Positions 58,096-64,000 of a DNA stretch of 64,000 nucleotides are shown here, piece by piece (positions within the stretch are counted from its first letter, which is position 1; each line of letters opens with the position of its first letter). Origin of the DNA: Dehalococcoidia bacterium (GTDB lineage: Bacteria > Chloroflexota > Dehalococcoidia > Bin125); contig CAXXNO010000004.1 of NCBI GenBank assembly GCA_963663235.2, positions 416,001 through 480,000 of the forward strand. Direction: 5' to 3'. Made by a program: the position numbers and the translations under genes. The notes beneath the pieces were generated by a model. It searched no databases. It saw nothing but the letters and a program-made list of their open reading frames with translations, and was not told the DNA's origin.

Positions 58096-59115
58096 ATGGA
58101 AATTGGCACGTCCATGAACTCCCACGGGGCGATGTTTCGCAGCGAGACGGAGGTCTGGCTGGAATCGCTTCCGCCGCAGGATTTCGAGCCGGTGCGGCTT
58201 GCCCGCCTCGCCGAACGGGTGGGCTTCCATTCGCTCTGGTTCCCGGACCACGTCACCTTGCCGTTGAAAACGACCAACGTGAAGGTCGCCAACCCCGAGA
58301 CGGGCAAGCGCCACTACCCGGAGAAACCGGAGATGTTCGACGCCCTGACCACCATGGCCGCCGTCGCGGTGACCACGGAGCGGATCAAGCTGGCCACCTC
58401 CGTGCTGATCTCGCCCTACCGCCCGCCGCTCCACGATGCCCGCCAGTTCGCCACCCTCGACTGGCTCTCGAACGGGCGGCTGATTGCGGGCGTGGGCGCC
58501 GGCTGGGCCAAGGAGGAGTTCGAAGCGCTCGGCCTGCCGTATGACCGACGGGGCGACATGACCGACGAATGCATCGAGGTCTACAAGCGCGCCTGGACGG
58601 ACGACGTCGTTGCCTTCCACGGCGAGTTCTACGACTTCGCGAACCTCTCCATGGACCCCAAGCCGCTGCAGAAGCCCTGGCCGCCCATCGTCTTCGGCGG
58701 CCAGTCCATGGCCGGCGCCCGCCGGGCCGCGCGACTCTGCGACGGCTTCTACCCGCTCTTCGTGCACCCCCGGGCACGACCGCACGAGATCGATCACTTC
58801 CAGGACGAGATTCGCCGCGAAGCGGAACGCGTGGGCCGGGACCTCTCCGATTTCATGATGATCGGGGGCGTGGGCGTGCGCATCACGGACGCCGATGATC
58901 CGCACCTGAAGCGCAAGGTGCGTCCGATCTGCGAGGGCACGCCGGAGATGATCCTCTCGGACCTAGAGGAGTTCGCCGAGGCCGGATACTCCTTGATGGT
59001 GGTGAACCAGGATTGCCAGACCAGCACCGCCGCCGAGCTGTTCGAGCGCACGGAGCAGTTCGGGCAGGAGATCCTCCCGATCGCCAAGGAGTTCAAGCCG
59101 GGCGGTGAGTGGTAG
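58096..59115 (+). CDS. LLM class (probably F420-dependent) oxidoreductase
   Basis: AE.VGF.SLWFPDH, LATSVLI.PYR.P, LD.LSNGR..GVG.GW..EFE, PKPLQKP.PPI.FGG and RRAARL.DG. Confidence 0.88.
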   Translation: MEIGTSMNSHGAMFRSETEVWLESLPPQDFEPVRLARLAERVGFHSLWFPDHVTLPLKTTNVKVANPETGKRHYPEKPEMFDALTTMAAVAVTTERIKLATSVLISPYRPPLHDARQFATLDWLSNGRLIAGVGAGWAKEEFEALGLPYDRRGDMTDECIEVYKRAWTDDVVAFHGEFYDFANLSMDPKPLQKPWPPIVFGGQSMAGARRAARLCDGFYPLFVHPRARPHEIDHFQDEIRREAERVGRDLSDFMMIGGVGVRITDADDPHLKRKVRPICEGTPEMILSDLEEFAEAGYSLMVVNQDCQTSTAAELFERTEQFGQEILPIAKEFKPGGEW

Positions 59116-59175
59116 CCGGTGCCGTAGGCACGTACTCGTCAGCCGGCAAGCCAACCCAGCGAACGGACTGCACGT

Positions 59176-60000
59176 CTACCGGTCGTGCCCGAGGCCCCAT
59201 GCAATCGCGTTCCGCAACAACTGCTGATACGCGTCGGACTCCCACGGTCCGCGGACGACGGTCGAGGGCTTGCCCGATGGGCTCACACTGGCGTCCACCA
59301 GCGTGTGGTTGTCGCTCGTTGCGGAGTGGCAATGGCCGAGCGCGACATACGTCACGCCGCCGTCTCCAACCGCGAGGGTGTAGCCCAGCACACGGGTCTT
59401 GCCATCCGGCAGGAGGGCCGTGTCTTTGTCGTACTCGAAACCGAACCCCGGCGGCGACGTATCCTTGCCGATTTCCGCCGTTAAGAGCACGTGCGTTGTC
59501 GACGGTTGCTGCAGCTCGATCATGTACGGTTCGTCGATCACTTCGAAGAATTCGGGCAAGTCTTTGGTTAAGAAATGTTCGCGCTCGGCGACATCGACCT
59601 GGAACTTGCGCATCGGCGGATGATTGATGAAGAAGCCTCCCAGTGTCTCGTGGTGGCCGGTCTTCACCATCGTGCGGCGCCGGCCGCCGTCTCCGACCCG
59701 ACTGGCCCGCCCGCCGCTGGTGCCGTGCAGCCCCACCCAGCGGCCGCCGGCCGCGAGCCAGCCCCGCACGAAGCGGTTCTGCTCGTCGTTCAGGTAGGGG
59801 CCGGCGACGTAGGTGATCAGAGCCTGGGCGCCGGGTAACCACCGCTCGACGTCGGTAAAGTCGTTCGCCGTGGTGGTGAGCGCGTCCTGCTCCTCCTGGA
59901 GCAGTTCTAGGATCCGCAGGCGGGCGTAGTCCGTGTCGTGCCCCGCCGTCGAACCTGGGGGGAACCCCCCTGCGATGACGTGTACCCGAGCGGCGTTCAT
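59176..60000 (-). CDS. ThuA-like (class I GATase-like) domain protein
   Basis: GG.WVGLHG, LGGFFINHP, F...DEPY and G.G.V.YVALGH. Confidence 0.8.
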   Translation of the reverse strand: MNAARVHVIAGGFPPGSTAGHDTDYARLRILELLQEEQDALTTTANDFTDVERWLPGAQALITYVAGPYLNDEQNRFVRGWLAAGGRWVGLHGTSGGRASRVGDGGRRRTMVKTGHHETLGGFFINHPPMRKFQVDVAEREHFLTKDLPEFFEVIDEPYMIELQQPSTTHVLLTAEIGKDTSPPGFGFEYDKDTALLPDGKTRVLGYTLAVGDGGVTYVALGHCHSATSDNHTLVDASVSPSGKPSTVVRGPWESDAYQQLLRNAIAWGLGHDR

Positions 60001-60424
60001 CTGCGATCCCTCCCGGCTGCGCTACGAGGCCGGTCTCTGCGCGTGCGTGCAGAGTGGTTCTGAGGCGTCCCAAACCTATCCGCCCGCGTCGCGCTTGGGA
60101 AGGCCTGCTGCACCGCTCTCGGCGGGGGCCGCCTCGACAGCGGCGAGGTCCCTCACGCCTCTTCCGGCGTTCTGCGAGCTTCGGGCGAAACGCGACCACG
60201 AAAGGACGAAGCGACCAGTGCGTACGGAGCTTTTGGCGTTCCTTCTTGCAGGCCTGTTGGCGCTGTCCGCGGCGGGCACGGCCTGCGCTGAGCGGCGCGA
60301 TTACACCTGTCCCTCAAAGGGGGCTAGCGACCGCGGCCGGCCCGCCTTTCCCGCGAGGATGGCGAGTGTTAGGTTTCCTCTCTCATGAGTTCCGACGGTC
60401 TAGGGTGCAGAGGAAGGATAATCA

Positions 60425-60925
60425 ATGGCTACGGTCGAGCAGCGGCTTCAACGGTTGGAGGACATCGAGGAGATCCGCACGCTTAAGCAGAAGTACGCGA
60501 AGCTGTGTGACACGGGTCTCGTCGAACCCGGTCTCTCCGAACTGTTCACCAAGGATGCGCACTGGGACGCCGACGAGCTGGGCTTCCAGCTCAAAGGGAA
60601 GGCCGACGCGCAGGGCGTCCACCTCAAAGGGACGAAGGAGATCCACGCCTTCTTCGACGACGTCTCCTCAAGCTTCTCGTTCGCGTTGCACTACACGCTG
60701 GGACACATCATCGACGTGGACGACAACGGCGTCGACGCGAAGGGCACCTGGTACATCTGGATGCCGGCGACGGTGAGCGACTCCGCCACCTTCTTCGCGG
60801 CCACCTACGAGGACACCTACAAGAAGGTCAGTGGCACGTGGAAGTGCGACTCGGTGCGCATCCACCTGGGCTTCTTCACCCGCTACGAGAACGGCTGGGC
60901 CAAGGAGCGCGTGGCGGAGCTCTAG
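60425..60925 (+). CDS. SnoaL/NTF2-like family protein (BaiE/LinA-like)
   Basis: RL.RLEDIEEI..LK.KY...CD, LFT.DA.W, H.....I and Y.D.Y.K..G.WK. Confidence 0.85.
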   Translation: MATVEQRLQRLEDIEEIRTLKQKYAKLCDTGLVEPGLSELFTKDAHWDADELGFQLKGKADAQGVHLKGTKEIHAFFDDVSSSFSFALHYTLGHIIDVDDNGVDAKGTWYIWMPATVSDSATFFAATYEDTYKKVSGTWKCDSVRIHLGFFTRYENGWAKERVAEL

Positions 60926-61316
60926 TCACCCGCTCCTGGGGACGCGCGGCCTCTTCGGCTTCCTGCTTGGGGATTCCGATGACCACGCGCTGGAAAAGAA
61001 CAAGGCAAAGGAGAACGGCGGAGACGGGTTTGCGACCGTGGGGACCTCAAGCCTCACCATCTTCACCAAGAACGCGTCCGAGAAGAACGATGGCTTCGGC
61101 TACTCGGACGGCACGCGCGGATCCAAGCCCTGCGGGCCGCGGCCGAACAGGTGATATCGCTGCTTCCGTAGTGGACCCGCACGGAACGTCGCGCGGTTCG
61201 GCCGTTCGACAAACGGAGCCCGGCGCGATGTGCGCATCGTGTGCGGTGCGCCGCCCGCCGCTTAGCAGCGGACATCGCTCCTTCTGCGGACGCGGGAAGT
61301 CAAACGCCCGCCCGGT

Positions 61317-61344
61317 TTGACACCGCGGTGCAGCGCACTATGCT
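61317..61344 (+). promoter_or_regulatory. sigma-70 promoter TTGACA-N16-TATGCT
   Basis: Consensus -35 and near-consensus -10 immediately upstream of the riboswitch. Confidence 0.7.
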
Positions 61345-61354
61345 GCGCTCACTG

Positions 61355-61460
61355 CTGCGTGGTGTTCGGGGAAGTCCGGTGTAAATCCGGCGCTGTCCCG
61401 CAACTGTGAGTTCCCGATCCGAAGGGGTGGGGGACGAGCCAGAGCACCGGCCCACGCGAC
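61355..61460 (+). promoter_or_regulatory. cobalamin riboswitch
   Basis: GGGAAGTCCGGTGTAAATCCGGCGCTGTCCCGCAACTGT ... GAGCCAG conserved boxes upstream of btuFCD-like genes. Confidence 0.92.
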
Positions 61461-61512
61461 GTGTCGACCTGCGAGGACAGGCAGCGACGTGGTTCTTCCC
61501 CGTCACCCGCCT

Positions 61513-61538
61513 GCCCCCTCGTATTCGGAGGGGGTTTT
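61513..61538 (+). terminator. intrinsic terminator, likely the riboswitch expression platform
   Basis: gccccctc-gtattcg-gagggggt followed by a T-run. Confidence 0.65.
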
Positions 61539-61597
61539 CACGCCCGCGAAATGCGGCGCGCGTGAAGACCTCGTCCGAGGCTGAGGAGGCGGATGCC

Positions 61598-62608
61598 ATG
61601 CCAACCCGGATGAAGAAGCACCGCGTGTTGTGGGCAGCAATCTTGCTCGCGGCAATCGTCGCGGCGGCGTGCTCCGGATCCGATGACCGCCCCAGTCAGC
61701 CCGCAACGATCGCAACGGACTCCGCCGGGCAGGAGGCGACGACACAAGAAGCAGCCGACCTTGAGCCCGATCAAGATGCGGGGCCATTTCCCTTGACGGT
61801 GACCGACTCAAGTGGCGCCGACGTCATCTTTGAGGCGGCGCCCGAGCGCATCATCTCGTACTCGGCGGGCTCCACCGAGATTCTGTACGCCGTGGGCGCC
61901 CAAGATCAGATTATCGCCGTGGATCGCTTTTCCGACTTTCCAGCCGCGACAGCCGACCTTGCTAAATTGGAGTACAGCAGTCCCGACCCCGAAGCCGCCC
62001 TCGATCTGAGACCCGATCTCGTCATCATGGTCACGCGCCAGGAGGAACAGGTCGCGCAGTATCGCGACCTCGGAATGCGGGTGTTCTTCCTCCGCGAAGC
62101 CGACTCGCTGGAGGGCGTGATCGAGAGCATCATGGAGATTGGCGCGATTACCGGGCACCCGAGCGAGGCGGAAACGCTCGTTCACGACCTCCGCGCTCGG
62201 ATCGACGCGGTCGCAGCCGCGCTGGCCGACGCCACGGAGGGGCCGCGGGTGTTCTTCGAAGTCACTGCCGATCTCTATACGGCAGCCCCGGCCACCTTCA
62301 TCGGAGCGATGCTCTCGCTGCTCAAAGCTCACAACATCGCCGCCGGTGCGGAGACCGCCTTTCCCCAACTCGGTGCGGAGGCCGTGGTTGCCGCCGACCC
62401 TGAAGTGATCTTGCTTTCCGACGCCCGACACGGCGAGAGTCTGGCGACCGTCCGCGATCGCCCCGGATGGAGCGGGATATCCGCCGTCGTCAACGAGCGC
62501 GTGCACCCCATCAACCCTGACATCGTCAACCGTCCCGGACCGCGCATCGTGGAAGGCTTGGAAACCATGGCGATGCTGCTGTATCCGGACCGGTTCGGAG
62601 GGGAGTGA
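61598..62608 (+). CDS. btuF: cobalamin ABC transporter substrate-binding lipoprotein
   Basis: Lipobox IVAAA-C; PERIIS, TEILYA, E..L.L.PDLV and RPGPR; downstream of the B12 riboswitch. Confidence 0.8.
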   Translation: MPTRMKKHRVLWAAILLAAIVAAACSGSDDRPSQPATIATDSAGQEATTQEAADLEPDQDAGPFPLTVTDSSGADVIFEAAPERIISYSAGSTEILYAVGAQDQIIAVDRFSDFPAATADLAKLEYSSPDPEAALDLRPDLVIMVTRQEEQVAQYRDLGMRVFFLREADSLEGVIESIMEIGAITGHPSEAETLVHDLRARIDAVAAALADATEGPRVFFEVTADLYTAAPATFIGAMLSLLKAHNIAAGAETAFPQLGAEAVVAADPEVILLSDARHGESLATVRDRPGWSGISAVVNERVHPINPDIVNRPGPRIVEGLETMAMLLYPDRFGGE

Positions 62609-62611
62609 CCG

Positions 62612-63688
62612 GTGCCGTCCGGAACGCCGCGCGGCTCCCAGCGGCCGAATCTGCTCCGGCGTGACAGACGGCGCTGGACCACCCTCCTTAGCGTGGCTCT
62701 TCTGTTCGCGGTCGTGGGCCTGGGATTAACCCAAGGCGCCGCCGAGATTCCCGTGGGTACGGTCCTGCGCCTGTTCGTCGACCGGCTCCCTGGGATTTCG
62801 ATCGACATCAACGGCCCGAGCACCTGGGAGACCATCGTCTTCGATATCCGCGTCCCACGGGTGGTTGCCGCTGGGCTGGTGGGGGCTGCGCTGGCGTACG
62901 CAGGCGCCGGATATCAGGGTGTCTTTCGCAATCCGCTGGCGGGGCCGTTCCTGCTCGGCGTCGCTTCCGGCGCAGCGTTGGGCGCGTCCATCGCCATTGT
63001 GTCCCCGCTACCGTCCGGAGCGTACGGCCTGGGCTGGGTTCCCGTCTTCGCGTTCGTCGGGGCCGCAATAACCGTCGTCATCGTCTATCTGCTGGCGCGC
63101 AGCGGGTCGGCCGTGGACAACACCACGCTCATTCTCGGCGGCGTCGCGTTGGCAGCCATCTTTTCCGCGGTGACCTCGTTTCTCTTGCTCACTGGGGGTG
63201 AGGATACGCGACCGATCTTCTCGTTCCTCTTCGGCGGTTTCAATACCGCGAGTTGGCAACGGGTACTAGTGGCGCTGCCCTACTTGGTCGTGGGTGCGGT
63301 GATCGTCGCCGCCTACGCCCGCGTGCTCAACGTGCTGCAACTCGACGAGGAACAGGCGGCGCAACTCGGTGTTGATGTGACACGCACGAAGCTCATTGTG
63401 CTTGGCGCCGCCTCGTTGATCGCCGCGACCGCCGTGGCCGTCGCAGGCGTGATTGGGTTTGTCGGCCTCATTATTCCGCATGTCGTTCGCATGTTCTTCG
63501 GGACGGATTATCGCAGCGTGCTTCCTTTAGCAGCGGTGCTCGGCGCTGCCTTTTTGATCGGCACGGACGTGCTAGCGCGCACCGTCCTCGCGCCGCAGGA
63601 GGTGCCGGTCGGCATCGTCACCGCGATTGCCGGCGGCCCGTTCTTCCTCTACCTCCTCAAGACGCGGCGGGTGGCGGGAATGTCCTGA
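62612..63688 (+). CDS. btuC: cobalamin ABC transporter permease (FecCD family)
   Basis: R.PR, QGVFRNPLA.P, GVIGFVGLIIPH and E.PVGIVT...GGPFF. Confidence 0.85.
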   Translation: MPSGTPRGSQRPNLLRRDRRRWTTLLSVALLFAVVGLGLTQGAAEIPVGTVLRLFVDRLPGISIDINGPSTWETIVFDIRVPRVVAAGLVGAALAYAGAGYQGVFRNPLAGPFLLGVASGAALGASIAIVSPLPSGAYGLGWVPVFAFVGAAITVVIVYLLARSGSAVDNTTLILGGVALAAIFSAVTSFLLLTGGEDTRPIFSFLFGGFNTASWQRVLVALPYLVVGAVIVAAYARVLNVLQLDEEQAAQLGVDVTRTKLIVLGAASLIAATAVAVAGVIGFVGLIIPHVVRMFFGTDYRSVLPLAAVLGAAFLIGTDVLARTVLAPQEVPVGIVTAIAGGPFFLYLLKTRRVAGMS

Positions 63689-64000
63689 TGGGCACGCTCC
63701 AGCCGACCGCCGCGCGGGGCCGGCTCGCGGTCACCGATCTCTCGGTGCGCCTTGGAGACCAACAGGTCTTGAGCGAGGTCGGCCTCGAGATCATGGGAGG
63801 CGAGGTGGTTGGGCTCGTGGGGCCCAATGGCGCGGGCAAAACCACGCTGGTGCGCGCGATCACGCGCGTGGTCGACGTGGAGCAGGGCTCGATCACGATA
63901 GACGGCCGATCCGTCTTTGGGCTTTCGCGACCGGCGATCGCGCGCTGCGTCGCCGTGGTTCAGCAGATCCCGGTGGCTCCGGCCACGCTGCGCGTCGGCG
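63688..64000 (+). CDS. btuD: ABC transporter ATP-binding protein (partial, runs off window)
   Basis: ATG overlaps the btuC stop (TGATG); GLVGPNGAGKTTL Walker A. Confidence 0.8.
   Translation, partial: MGTLQPTAARGRLAVTDLSVRLGDQQVLSEVGLEIMGGEVVGLVGPNGAGKTTLVRAITRVVDVEQGSITIDGRSVFGLSRPAIARCVAVVQQIPVAPATLRVG

Noticed and set aside
60218-60388. Possible 56-aa ORF with signal-peptide-like start (VRTELLAFLLAGLLALSAAG)
   Set aside because: SD spacing is marginal and the remainder is not protein-like; at most a gene remnant.
60926-61300. Coding-like stretch after the SnoaL gene
   Set aside because: No consistent frame with start, RBS or recognisable motif.

Overview
High-GC bacterial DNA. Gene content suggests Chloroflexota, probably Dehalococcoidia-like: LLM oxidoreductase, fused CaiB CoA-transferase, class V FBP aldolase/phosphatase, and a Tad pilus without a secretin. 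The taxon is an inference. 1-16.3 kb is metabolic: an SDR/thiolase-fold/DUF35 trio, a mannosylfructose-phosphate synthase-like glycosyltransferase facing a glycoside hydrolase, and a B12-dependent 2-hydroxyisobutyryl-CoA mutase (hcmB-hcmA) followed by an amidase and a double CoA-transferase. 16.4-39.4 kb is a ~23 kb surface-appendage island and the most interesting part of the window. It holds (i) a SipW/TasA-like fibre operon whose proteins look like an acceptor-only membrane anchor, a shaft subunit and a donor-strand-only adhesin; (ii) a complete monoderm-type Flp/Tad pilus locus; (iii) two paralogous BldN-like ECF sigma factors, a membrane anti-sigma-like protein with a duplicated N-terminal motif, and a stand-alone soluble copy of that motif; (iv) a recurring CRTCAC-N17-RYC candidate ECF promoter; (v) a PAS-GGDEF(degenerate)-EAL protein. 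Several island genes carry single-base homopolymer deletions, most likely read errors. 39.6-64 kb has two hydantoinase B/oxoprolinase paralogues plus a relic of a third, an M23-SH3-DPBB wall hydrolase, DUF1122-fbp, prpF-prpB-like genes facing a tcuA-like gene, acyl-CoA enzymes, a possible hammerhead-like RNA, and a cobalamin riboswitch-controlled btuFCD operon. No CRISPR array, tRNA, rRNA or transposase was seen. All family calls come from motif recognition by eye, not database searches.
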